From assembly GCF_009914755.1 (NCBI RefSeq), contig NC_060938.1: a DNA stretch of 64,000 bases; one strand, written 5' to 3'. Positions 17,365-31,744 of the stretch are shown in pieces. The position numbers were made by a program, and so were the translations under genes. Source of the DNA: the human T2T-CHM13v2.0 reference genome, Homo sapiens. Below the pieces are notes generated by a model. That model made no database searches, was not told where the DNA came from, and saw only the letters and a program-made list of their open reading frames with translations. Position 1 is the first letter of the stretch. Every line of letters starts with the position of its first letter.

Positions 17365-17764
17365 TGGTATAGTTTGGATGTCTTAACTAAATCTCATGTT
17401 GAGACGTAATCCCCAGTGTTGGAGGTGGGGCCTGGTGGGAGGTGTCTGGGACATGGGAGCATAGCCCTCATGGCTTGGTGCTGTTCTTGCAATAGTGAGT
17501 GAGTTCTTGTGGGATCTGGTTGTTTAAAAGTGTGTGGCACCTCCCTCCCCTCTCTCTCTTGTTCCTGCTCTCCCCATGTGACTTGCCTGCTCCCACTTCA
17601 CCTTCCATCACAAGTAAAAGCTCCATGAGACCTCCCCGGAAGCTGAGCAGATGCTAATGGCATGCTTGTACAGTCTGCAGAACTGTGAGCCAATTAAGCC
17701 TCTTTTCTTTAGGAAATTTCCAGTCTCAGGTATTTCTTTATAGCAATGGAAGAATGGCCAAACA
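17365..17764 (+). mobile_element. MSTA/MSTB solo LTR (ERVL-MaLR)
   Basis: tggtatagtttggatg...aaatctcatgttga...gaactgtgagccaattaagcctc...tttatagcaatg. Confidence 0.85.
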
Positions 17765-18048
17765 GATTTTTTTCCCTGCCTAAACCTTGTTCTTTCATTT
17801 TGCCAACCAGACCCCAAGGGTGATTCCTAATCCATACCCCCCAACTTTTTTTTTTAGAGCACCATCTATATAAAATTCTACTCCTTTATAGATGAATTAA
17901 TACTTGTTAAGATCCTTTATTTCACACAAACACTAGTACAGGAAGTGCATTTGTTTTCTCCTACGGCTCCTTATATGAAGAGCTGGTCAGAATTGGAACT
18001 AAGTTGATTTATAATGTGGATGTGCTATAAAAATTGTGCTTTCAAGTT

Positions 18049-19132
18049 TGCTGCAGGAAGTCAGGGACCCCAAATGGAGGGACTGACTGAAGCCATGGCA
18101 GAAGAATGTGGATTTTGAAAATTTCATGGACATTTATTAGTTCCCCAAATTAATATTTTATAACTTCTTATGCCTCTCTTTACTGCAATCTCTAAACATA
18201 AATTGTGAAGATTTCATGGACACTTATCACTTCCCCAATCACCACCCTTGTGATTTCCTAGGCCTGTCTTTACTTTAATCTCTTAATCCTGTCATCACGT
18301 AAACCAAGGAGGATGTATGTCGCCTCAGGACCATGTGATAATTGCATTAATTGCACAAATTGTAGAGTATGTGTGTTTAAACAATATGAAATCTGGGCAC
18401 CTTGAAAAAAGAACAGGATAACAGCAATTGTTCAGGAAATAAGACAGATAACCTTAAACTCTGACCACCGGCTGGTGAGCCAGGTGGAACAGGGCCATAT
18501 TTCTCTTCTTTCAAAAGCAAACGGGAGAAATATCACTGAATTCTTTTTCTCAGCAAGGAACATCCCTGGGAAAGAGAACATGCACCTGGGGGTATAGGTC
18601 TACAGATGGCCCCCCTGGGCGTGCCTGTCTTTTATGGTCTATAGACTATAGGCGTGAAATAGACCCCAGTCTCCCATAGCACTTCCAGGCTTATTAGGAA
18701 GAGGAAATTCCCACCTAATAACTTTTGGGCAGACGGGTTGCTCTCAAAACCCTGTCTCCTGATAAGATGTTATCAATGACAATGGTGCCTGAAACTTCAT
18801 TAGCAATTTTAATTTCACCCTGGTCCTGTGGTCCTGTGATCTTGCCCTGCCCCCATTTGCCTTGTGATATTCTATTACCTTGTGAAGTACTTGATGTCTG
18901 TGACCCACACCCTATTCATATACTCCCTCCCTTTTTGAAAATCCCTAATAAAAACTTGCTGGTTTTGTGGCTTGGGGGGCATCATGGAACCTACTAACAT
19001 ATGATGTCTCCCCCAGATGCCCAGCTTTAAAATTTCTCTCTTTTGTACTCTGTCCCTTTGTTTCTCAAACTGGCTGATGCTTAGGGAAAATAGAAAAGAA
19101 CCTACGTGACTATCGGGGCAGGTTCCCTGATA
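18049..19132 (+). mobile_element. MER11 solo LTR (HERV-K HML-8)
   Basis: Starts tgctgcaggaagtcagggacccc; 1084 bp; characteristic internal duplication of atttcatggaca; perfect 6-bp TSD caagtt at 18043-18048 and 19133-19138. Confidence 0.9.
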
Positions 19133-21368
19133 CAAGTTTGCATGGTATTTCCAAGCTGGTCTGATTTCTTTCATTGCAAATATTTATACTTAGCAAAACA
19201 AAGTCCCTCTTTCATGTAAAAACTCTGTGTGAGACTCTGATTTCTTCCAAATTCAAGAGATACAGATTTAAGAGCACTAAATCTTCCCAACATTTAGGTA
19301 TTTAGTTCATTTTAAAATTTAGCCACTTGTTAAAAAAGCCTGGGTTGATGCTGAGGAACAATGTCGCTGACTATCAGATGGGCAATTTTAAGTTACCTAG
19401 TTAATTTCTTATGATTCTGATTTAGCTCTCAATTAGGAAGACATTTGATCTTATAGTTTATATATTTCCCCTCTGAAGGCACATGTATGTCTACAAAATA
19501 TCCATTAAACCTCATCTTAACCCAAGGTTGGTTCCTTAGGTCTTCCTTTTTAAAAATTTTTGTGGGTCATAGTAGGTGTGTATATTTGTAGAGTACATGA
19601 GATATTTTGATACAGACCTGCAATGTGAAATAAGCACATCATGGAGAATGGGATATCCATCCTCCTCAAACATTCATCCTTTGAGTTACAAACAATGCAA
19701 TTATTCTTTAAGTTATTTAGAAATGCACAATAAAGTTATTGTTGACTATAGTAACCCTATTGCATTATCAAACAGCAGGTCTTATTTATTTATTCTATGT
19801 TTTTGGTACATTAACCATCCCCACCTCCTCCTTGTCCCCTCTTCTCAGCCTCTGGTAATCATCTTTCTTTTTTCTATGTCCATGAGTTCAGTTGTTTTGA
19901 TTTTTAGATCCCACAAATAAATGAGAACATGTGATGTTTTTCTTTCTGTACCTGGCTTATTTCACTTAATGATCTCTGGTTCCATCCATGTCACTGCAAA
20001 TGACTAAATTTCATTCTTTTTTTGTGGCTGAATAGTACTTCATTGTGTATATGTATCACATTTTCTTTATCCATTCATCTGCTGATGGACACTTAGGTTG
20101 CTTCCAAATCTTATCTATTGTGAACAGTGCTGCAACAAACATGGGAATGCAGATATCTCTTCATTATAATGATTTCTTTCTTTTTTTTTTTGAGTATATA
20201 CCCAGCAATGGGATTGTTGGATCATATGGTAGCTCAATTTTTAGGTTTTTGAGGAACCTCCAAACTGTTCTCCATAGTGGTTATACTAATTTACGTTCTC
20301 ACCAATGGTATACAAGGGTTCCTTTTTCTCCACATCCTCACTGGCATTTGTTATTGCCTGTCTTTTTGTTACAAGCCATTTTAATTGGAGTGAGATGATA
20401 TCTCATTGTAGTTTTTATTTGCATTTCTCTGATGAATAATGATGTTGAACACCTTTTCATATAGCTGTTTGCCATTTGTATGTCTTCTTTTGAGAAATGT
20501 CTATTCAAACTTATGCCCACTTTTTTTTTTATCAGATTGTTAGATATTTTCCTATAGAGTTGTTTGAGCTCCTTATATATTCTGGTTGTTCATCCCCAGT
20601 CAGATATGTAGTTTGCAAATATTTTCTCCCATTTTGTGGGTTGTCTCTTCACTTTGTTGATTGTATCCCTTGCTGTGCAGAAGCTTTTTAACTTGATATG
20701 GTCCCATTTGTCCACTTTTGCTTTGGTTGCCTGTGCTTGTGGGGTATTGCTCAAGAAATTTTTGCCAAGACCAATGTCCTGGATAATTTCCGCAATGTTT
20801 TCTTGTAGTAGTTTCATAGTTTAAGGTCTTAGATTTAAGTATTTAATCCATTTTGATTTTATTTTTGTATATGGTGAGAGATAGGGGTCTAATTTTATTC
20901 TTTTGCATATGGATATCCAATTTTCCCAGCACCATTTATTGAAGAGACTGTCTTTTCTCTAGTGCATGTTCTTGGTACCTTTGTTGAAAACGAGTTCACT
21001 ATAGGTGTGTGGATTTGTTTCTGGGTTCTCTAGTCTTGTCCATTGGTCTATGTGCATATTTTAATGCCAGTACCATGCTGTTTTGGTTACTATAGCACTG
21101 TAGTCTAATTTGAAGTCAGGTAAAGTGATTCCTCCAGTTTTATTCTTTTGGCTTAGGATAGCTTTGGTTATTCTGGGTCTTTGTTGGTTCTTCATAAATT
21201 TTGGGATTGATTTTTTCTATTTCTGTGATGAATGTCTTTGGTATTTTGACAGGGATTGCATTGAATCTGTATAATCCTTTGGGTAGTATGGACATTTTAA
21301 CAACACTGATTATTCTAATCTATAAACATGGAATATTTTTCCATTTTTGTGTCCTTTTCAATTTCTTT

Positions 21369-21474
21369 TTTTTTTTTTAATTATACTTTAAGTTTCACAG
21401 TACCTGTGCACAACATGCAGGTTAGTTACATATGTATACGTGTGCCATGTTGGTGTGCTGAACCCAGTAACTCG
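21369..21474 (-). mobile_element. Ultra-short 5'-truncated L1PA insertion
   Basis: Poly(T) plus the last ~95 nt of an L1PA 3' UTR; 13-bp TSD tttcaatttcttt at 21356-21368 and 21475-21487. Confidence 0.9.
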
Positions 21475-22237
21475 TTTCAATTTCTTTCATCAATGTTTTA
21501 TAGTTTCTATTACAGATATCCTTCACTTCCTGGGTTAAGTTAATTCCTAGGTATTTAATTTTATGTGTGGCTATTGTAAATGGGATTACTTTTTAATTTC
21601 TTTTTCAGATTGTTCACTGTTGTCATAAAGAAATACTACTGATTTTTGTAGGTTGATTTTGTATCCTGCAACTTTACTGAATTTATCAGCTGTAATAGTT
21701 TTCTGGTAGAGTCTTTAGGTTTTTCTAAATATAAGATCATATCATCTGCAAACAAGGATAATTTGACTTTTTCCTTTCTGATTTGTATGCCTTTTATCTT
21801 TGTCTTGTCTAATTGCTCTAGCTAGGACTTCCAGTACTAAGTTGAATAACAATGGTGGAAATAAGCATCTTTGTTGTGTTCCAGATCTTAGAAGGCTTTC
21901 AGTTTTTCCTCATGCCGTATGATACTAACTGTGGGTTTGTCATATATGGCTTTTATTATGTTGAGGTATGTTCCTTCTATCCCATTTTCTTGGGTGTTTT
22001 TTTTATCATGAAGAGACATTAAATTTTATCAAATGCTTTTTTTTAAAGCATCAATTGAAAAGATCATATGTTTTTTGTCCTTCATTCTTTGATGTGATGT
22101 CATATTGATTGATTTGTGTATATTAACTATCCTTGCATCCTGGGGATAAATCCCACTTAGTCATGATGAATGATCTTTCTAATATATTTTTGAGTTTGAT
22201 TTATTATATTTTGTTGAGAATTTTTTATATCAATATT

Positions 22238-24530
22238 TGTATTAGTCCATCTTCACATTGCTAATAAAGACATACCCAACACTGGGCAATTTACAAAAGA
22301 AAGAGGTTTAATGGACTTAAGAGTTCCACATGGCTAGAGAGGCCTAACCATCATGGCGGAAGGCAAGGAGGAGCACATCTCATCTTATGTGGGTGGCAGC
22401 AGGCAAAGAGAGCTTATGCAGGGAAATTTCCTTTTATATAATCATTAACTCTCATGAGACTTATTCACTATCACATGACAACACAGGAAAGACCTGCCCC
22501 CATGATTCAATTACCTCCCACTGGGTCCCTCCCACAACACATGGAAATTCAAGATGATATTTGGGTGGGGACACAGCCAAGCCATACATTCTGCCCCTGG
22601 CACCTCCCAAATCTCATGTCCTCACATTTCAAAACCAATCATGCCTTCCCAACAGACCCCCAAAGTCTTAACTCATTTCACTCATTTCAGCATTAACTCA
22701 GAAGTCCACAGTCCAAAGTCTCATCTGAGACAAGGCAAGTCCCTTCCACCTGTGAGCCTGTAAAATCAAAAGCAAATTAGTTACTTCCCAGATACAATGA
22801 GGGTACAGTCATAGGGTAAATACAACCATTTCAAATGGGAGAAATTGGCCAAAACAAAGGGGCTATGGGCCATATGCAAGTCCAAAATCCAGCAGGGCGA
22901 TCAAATATTAAAACTCCAAAATGATCTCCTTTGACTCTGTGTCTCTCATGCAGGTCATCCTGATGCAAGAGACAGGATCCCATGGCCTTGGGCAGCTCTT
23001 CCCCTGTGTCTTTGCAGGGTATAGCCCCCACTCCTGGCTGCTTTCATGGGTTGGCATTGAGTGTCTGTAGCTTTTCCAGGCACACAGTGCAAGCTGTCAG
23101 TTGATCTACCATTCTGGAGTCTGGAGGACAGTGGCCCTCTTCTCACAGCTCCACTAGGTGGTGCCCCAGTAGGGACTCTGTGTGGGGGCTCTGACCCCAC
23201 ATTTCCCTTCTCCACTGCCTTAGCAGAGGTTCTCAATGAGCGCCCTGCCCTGCAACAAACTTCTGCCTGGACATCCAGGTGTTTCCATACATCTTCTGAA
23301 ACTTAGCTGGAGGTTCCCAAACCTCAATTCTTGATTTCTGTGCACTTGCAGGCCCAAAACCACATGGAATCTGCCAAGGCTTGAGGCTTGCACCCTCTGA
23401 AGCCACAGCACAAGCTCTGTGTTGACCTCTCTCAGCCATGGCTGGAGCAGCTGGGATGGAGGGCACCAAGTCCTTAGGCTGCACACAGCATGGGGACTCT
23501 GGGCCTGGTTCACAAAACCACTTTTTCCTCCTAGGCCTCTGGGCCTGTGATTGGAGTGGCTCTTGTGACGACCTCGACATGTCCAGGATACATTTTCCTC
23601 ATTGTCTTGGGGATTAACATTTGGCACTTCATTACTTATGCAAATTTCTGCAGCTGGCTTGAATTTCTCCTCAGAAAATGGGATTTTCCTTTATATTGCA
23701 TTGTCAGGCTATGATTTTTTTAAACTTTTATGCTCTTTTCCCTTTTAAAATTGAATGCCTTTATCAGCACCCAAATCACTCCTTGAATGCTTTGCTGCTT
23801 AGAAATTTCTTCCACCAGATACCCTAAATCATCTCTCTCAAGTTCAAAGTTCTACAAATCTCTAGGGCAGGGACAAAATTCTGCCAGTCTCTTTGCTAAA
23901 ACATCACAAAAGTTGCCTTTGTTCCAGTTCCCAACAAGTTCTTCATTTCCATCTGAGAGCACCTCAGCCTGGATTTCATTGTCTATAACATTATCAGCAT
24001 TTTGGTCAAAGCCATTCAACAAGTCGCTAGGGAATTCCAAATTTTCCCATATTTTCCTGTCTTCTGAGCCTTCCAAATTGTTCTAACCTTTGCCTGTTAC
24101 CCAGTTACAAAGTTGCCTCCACATTTTTGGGTATCTTCTGATCAGCACCCCATTCCTGGTACCAATTTACTCTATTTCCCCATTTTCACACTGCTGATAA
24201 AGACATACCTGAGACTGGGAAATTTACAAAAGAAAGAGGTTTAATTGACTTACAGTTCCACATGGCTGGGGAGGCCTCACAATCATGGTGGAAGGCAAGG
24301 GGGAGCAAGTCACAACTTACATGGATGGTGGCAGGCAAAAAGATCTTGTGCAGGGAAAATCCCCCTTATATAATAATCAGATCTCATGAGACTTATTCAC
24401 TATTATGAGAACAGCACAGGAAACACCTGCCCCCATGGTTCAATTACCCCTCACTAGGTCCCTCCCACAACACATGGGAATTCAAGATGAGATTTGTGTG
24501 GGGAAACCATATCATAGCCAAACCATATCA
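22238..24530 (-). mobile_element. Complete THE1 (B/C-like) MaLR provirus: LTR 22238-22588, internal 22589-24170, LTR 24171-24530
   Basis: Two ~355-bp LTRs around THE1-int; 5-bp TSD atatt at 22233-22237 and 24531-24535. Confidence 0.93.
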
Positions 24531-26587
24531 ATATTCATTAGAGATATTGGCCGTGGTTTTCTCCTTTTGATCAGTATTTGTCTAGTTTTGGTATTGGGGT
24601 AATACTCGTCTCATAGAATGAGTTTGGAAGTATTCCCTCCTCCTCTATTTTTAGGAATAGTTTGATTAAGATTGGTATTAGTTCTTATATAATTGTTGGT
24701 ACAATTCAGCAGTGAAGCCATTGGGTCTCAGGCTCTTCTTTATGAGAAACTTTTCATTATGGCTTCGATCTTGTGACTTGTTATTGGCCTGTTCACGTTT
24801 TGGATTTCTTCCTGATTCACTCTTGGTGGTTGTACATGTCTAGGAATTTGTCCATTTCTTCCAGATTTTCAAGTTTATTGGCATATAGTTGCTGATAGTA
24901 GCCATTAATGATCCTTTGAATTTCTGTGGTATCAGCTGTAATGTTGCTTTTTCTTTTCTGATTTTATTTATTTGTATCTTCTCTCATTTATTTCTTAGTC
25001 AGCCTGGCTAAGAATTTGTCAATTTTGTTTAACTTTTTAAAAAACCAACTTTTTGTTTCACTGATGTTTTGTATTGTTGTTTCATTTTAATTTCATTTAT
25101 TTCTGCTCTGATCTTTATTATTTCTTTTCTTTTACTAATTTTGGATTTGGTTTGCTCTTGTTTTTCTAATTCTTTAGGATGCATCATTAAATTGTTTATT
25201 TGAAGATTTTCCTTTTTTTGATGTAGGTACTTATAGGCATAAACTTTTCTTTTAGTACTGCTTTTGCTGTAGCCCACAGGTTTTGTTATGTTTTGTTTCC
25301 ATTATTATTAGTTTCAAAAATTTTTTTTTCAATTTTCTTCTTAATTTCTTCATTGACCCACTGGTCATTCAGGAGCATGTTGTTTAATTTCCATGTATTT
25401 ACATAGTTTCCAAAATTCCTCTTGTTATTAATTTATAGTTTTATGTCACTGTGGTTAGAGAAGACGCTTGATATTATTTCAATTTTTTGAATGTTTTAAG
25501 ACTTGTTTTGTGACTTAACATATGGTCTATCCTTGAGAATCATCCATATGCTGAGAAAAAGAAAGTGTATTTTGTGAGCATTGGATGAAATGTACCATAA
25601 ATATCTATTAGATCCACTGGGTTCTACAGTTATTATTAAGTTTGATGTTTCTTTGTTGATTTTCTGTCTGGCAGATCTGTCCAATGCTGAAAGTGACATG
25701 TTGAAGTCTCCAGCTATTGTTGTACTGGGGTCTGTCTCTCTCTTTAGCTCTAATAATATTTGCTTTATATATCTGGGTGCTCCAGTGTTGGGTGCATATG
25801 TATTTAGAATTGTTATATCCTCTTACTGAATTGACCCCCTTATCATTATGTAGTGAAATTTTTGTCTTTTCTTATAGTTTTTGTCTTGAAATATATTTTT
25901 TCTGATATAAGTATAGAAATTCCTGCTCTTTTTTGGTTTCCATTGGCATGAATATCTTTTTCCATCCCTTAATTTTCAGTCTATGTGTGTCTTTACAGGT
26001 GAAGTGTGTTTCTTGTAGGCAACAGATCAATGGGTCTTGTTTTTTAGCCATTCAGTCAGTCTGTCTTTTGATTAATGAGTTTAGTTTATTTTCATTCCAT
26101 GTTATTATTGACTAGTAAGTCCTTACAACTTTATTTTCTGGTTGTTTTGTAGTCTTCTTCTTTTTCTTTCTTTCTTTTGTGTCTTCCTTTAGTGAAGGTG
26201 ATTTTCTCTGGAAATATGATTTATTTTCTTGTTTTATTTTTTGTGTATCCATTGTATGTCTTTTGGCCTGAGGTTACTATGAGGCTTGAAAATACCATCT
26301 TATAACCCATCATTTAAACCTTATAACAACTTAACACTGTTTGCATAAACAAACAAATAAAGAGTAAACTAATTAAAGCTCTATGCCTTAACTTCACCCC
26401 CTCCCACTTTTAAACTTTTTGTTGTTTCCATTTATATCTTATTGTACTATGTCTTGAAAGGTTGTTGTTATTATTTTTGATTGGTTCATCCTTAGATCTT
26501 TCTACTTAGGATAAGAGTGGTTTACACACCACAGTTATAGTGTTTTAATATTCTGTGTTTTTTGTATACTTACCATTACCAGTAAGT

Positions 26588-27310
26588 TTTTTTTTTTTTT
26601 TTTTAAAGTCAGGAAACAACAGGTGCTGGAGAGGATGTGGAGAAATAGGAGCACTTTTACACTGTTGGTGGGGCTGTAAACTAGTTCAACTATTGTGGAA
26701 GTCAGTGTGGCGATTCCTTAGGGATCTAGAACTAGAAATACCATTTGACCCAGCCATCCCATTACTGGGTATATACCCAAAGGACTATAAATCATGCTGC
26801 TATAAAGACACATGCACACGTATGTTTATTGCGACACTATTCACAATAGCAAAGACTTGGAACCAACCCAAATGTCCAACAATGATAGACTGGATTAAGA
26901 AAATGTGGCACATATACACCATGGAATACTATGCAGCCATAAAAAATGATGAGTTCATGTCCTTTGTAGGGACATGGATGAAATTGGAAATCATCATTCT
27001 CAGTAAACTATCACAAGGACAAAAAACCAAACACCGCATATTCTAACTCATAGGTGGGAATTGAACAATGAGAACACATGGACACAGGAAGGGGAACATC
27101 ACACTCTGGGGACTGTTGTGGGGTGGGGGGAGGGGGGAGGGATAGCATTGGGAGATATAGCTAATGCTAAATGACGAGTTAATGGGTGCAGCACACCAGC
27201 ATGGCACATGTATACATATGTAACTAACCTGCACATTGTGCACATGTACCCTAAAACTTAAAGTATAATAATAATTAAAAAAAAGAAAAACAAAAAACAA
27301 AAAACAAAAA
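26588..27310 (+). mobile_element. 5'-truncated L1PA2/3-like insertion with 5' poly(T) and 3' poly(A)
   Basis: T-tract 26588-26604, L1 ORF2 C-terminus and 3' UTR from 26605, A-rich tail; 10-bp TSD accagtaagt at 26578-26587 and 27311-27320. Confidence 0.93.
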
Positions 27311-28872
27311 ACCAGTAAGTCTTGTAGTTTCAGATGATTCCTTATTGCCCATTAATGTCATTTGGTTTCTGGTTGAAGTACTGCCTTTAGAATTCTTTTG
27401 GGACATTTCTGGTGTTGATGGAATTTCTTAGCTTTGTTTATCTGGGAAAGTCTTTTTTCCTTCATGTTTAAAGGATGTTCTTACCAGATATACTCTTCTA
27501 GGGTAAAAGTTTTTTTTCTTCAGTACTTTAATTATCTAATGCCACTCTCTTCTGGCCTGTAAGGTTTCCACTGAAAAGTCTGCTGCCAGATGTGTTGGAG
27601 CTTCATTGTATGTTATTTGCGGCTTTTCTCTTGCTGCTTTTAGGATCATTTCTTTATCTTTGACCTTTGGAAGTTTGATTCTTAAATGCCTTGAGGTAGT
27701 CGTCTTTGGGTTAAATCTACCTGGTGTTCTATAACCTACTTGCACTTGGATATTGATATTTTTCTCTAGGTTTGAAATTCTCTCTGTCATTATCCCTTTG
27801 AATAAAATTTCTACCCCTATCTGTTTCTCTATCTTTTCTTTGAGGCAAAGAACTCTTAGATTTTCCCTTTAGAGACTGTTTTTAAATCCTTTAGGTGTGT
27901 TTCATTGTTTTTTAAACTATTTTTTCTTTTGTCTCCCCTGATTGTGTATTTTCAAATATCCTGTCTTCAAGCTCACTAATTTTTCTTCTGCTTGATCAAT
28001 TCTGCTATTAAAGGACTAACACATTCTTCAGTATGCCAATTGCATTTTTTAGCCCCAGAATTTCTGCTTTATTATTTTAAATTATTTCAATCTCTTTGAT
28101 AAATTTATTTGATATAATTTCTTCTCTGTGTTATCTTCAATTTCTTTGAGTTTTCTCAACACAGCTGTTATGAATTGTCTGTCTGAAAGGTCACATATCT
28201 CTGTTTTGACAGGATTGATCTCTGGTGGCTTAGTTTTTTGGTGAGGTCATTTTTTCCTGGATGGTGCTGATGCTTAGATGTTCTTCAGTGTCTGGGCATT
28301 CAAGGGTTAGGTATTTATTGTAGTCTTTACTGTCTGGGCTCATTTTTAGCAGTCCTTCTTGGGAAGTCTTTCCAGATACTTGAAAGGACTTGCGTGTTGT
28401 GATATAAACTGTATCTGCTTTAGGGGGCATCCTAAGCCCTGTAACACTGGGGTTCTTGCAGACTTGTAGAGTTACTGCCTTGATGGTCTTGGACAAGTCT
28501 GGGAGCATTTTCTGAATTTCCCAGGCAGAGACTCTTGTTCTCTTCCCTTACTTTCTCCCAAACAAACACAGTCTCTCTATTCTGAGCCTCCTACACCTGG
28601 AGGTGGTGTGACACAAGCACCCCTGTGGGCATCACCTCTATGACTACACAGGGTCAAATCTGAAGCCAGCGCGGCACTGGATCTCACCCAAGGCCTGCTG
28701 TAACCACTCCTTGGCTACTGCCTATGTTTGATCAAGGTCCTTAGACTCTACAACCAGCCAGTGGCAAAGCAAGCCAGGCCTATGTGCTTCCCTTCAGGGT
28801 AGCAAGGTTTTCCCAGCCCTGAGTGGATCCAGAGGTGTAGTCCATGAGTAAGGGACTAGAGTCAAAAACCTT

Positions 28873-30870
<1,998 letters not shown>

Positions 30871-31154
30871 CATCTGTAAACCAGAATCATGCCTTTTCAT
30901 TTTCCACTAGTTAGTTGATCATAGGGAACTCCCTACAGGTATAGGTTGAGGAAGAAGTGTTGAAGTACAAAGGGATTTTGAACTACTAGCTCATGGAGTT
31001 TACCTGTGTTTTCCAGCCTGCTCAGGCCTAGTCTCATAATTAACCTTTCTACTTAATAATAGGATGCTATTGAGCAAAATCAATTTCATAATTTACTGAA
31101 TAAGATAATCCAACATTAATAATGGGCAGTTCAGTCACATAGTCATTTGGTGTC

Positions 31155-31197
31155 TATATTAGTCAGGGTTCTCTGGAGAAACAGAATCAATATAAAT

Positions 31198-31246
<49 letters not shown>

Positions 31247-31743
31247 GCACACACACACTCACACACATATATTTAGTGTAAGAAATTGGCTCATGTAATT
31301 ATGAAGGCTGAGAAGACCCTGCAGTTGGCAAGATCCGTTTAGCAAGCTGGAGACCCAGGAGAGGCAATGTGTAGTTTAAGTCTGAGTTTGATGGTCTGAG
31401 AATGAAGGAAAGCTGATGGTACAAGATCCAGCTTAAAAGCTGGCAAGCTTGAGACTCAAAAAGAGATGATATTTCAGTTTGAGTCTGAAGGCCAGATAAG
31501 ACTGATGTCCCAGTTCAAAGCAGTCAGGCAGGAGGAATTCCTTCTTCTGTTTGAGAAAATCAGCCTTTTTGTTTGAGTCAGGCCCACCCACATTAGAGAG
31601 GAAACTCTGTTTTATTCAGTATGCCAATTCAAATATTAATTTTATCCACAAATACTTTCACAGAAACACCCAGAATAATGTTTGACCACATACATAGGCA
31701 CCCCACGGCCCAGCTAAGTTAACATACCAAATTAACCATCACA
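31155..31743 (-). mobile_element. MLT2-family (ERV-L) LTR containing a (TA)n(CA)n tract
   Basis: tattagtcagggttctctggagaaacagaa...aaattaaccatcaca termini. Confidence 0.85.
31201..31270. repeat. (AT)~21 followed by (CA)n microsatellite
   Basis: Directly visible in the sequence. Confidence 0.95.
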
Positions 31744-31744
31744 A

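Larger units (their letters stand above)
19545..28872 (-). mobile_element. Near full-length L1MA1-3-like LINE-1 interrupted by three younger insertions
   Basis: L1MA-type 3' end at about 19545; continuous antisense ORF2, ORF1 (27536-27790) and 5' region to about 28870. Confidence 0.88.

Noticed and set aside
18090-18280. Direct repeats of about 90 bp periodicity that might suggest an array
   Set aside because: Intrinsic internal duplication of the MER11 LTR; not CRISPR-like, and this is a mammalian genome.
22831-24086. Several 66-135 aa ORFs in THE1-int
   Set aside because: Fragments of the decayed MaLR internal ORF and its antisense frames.
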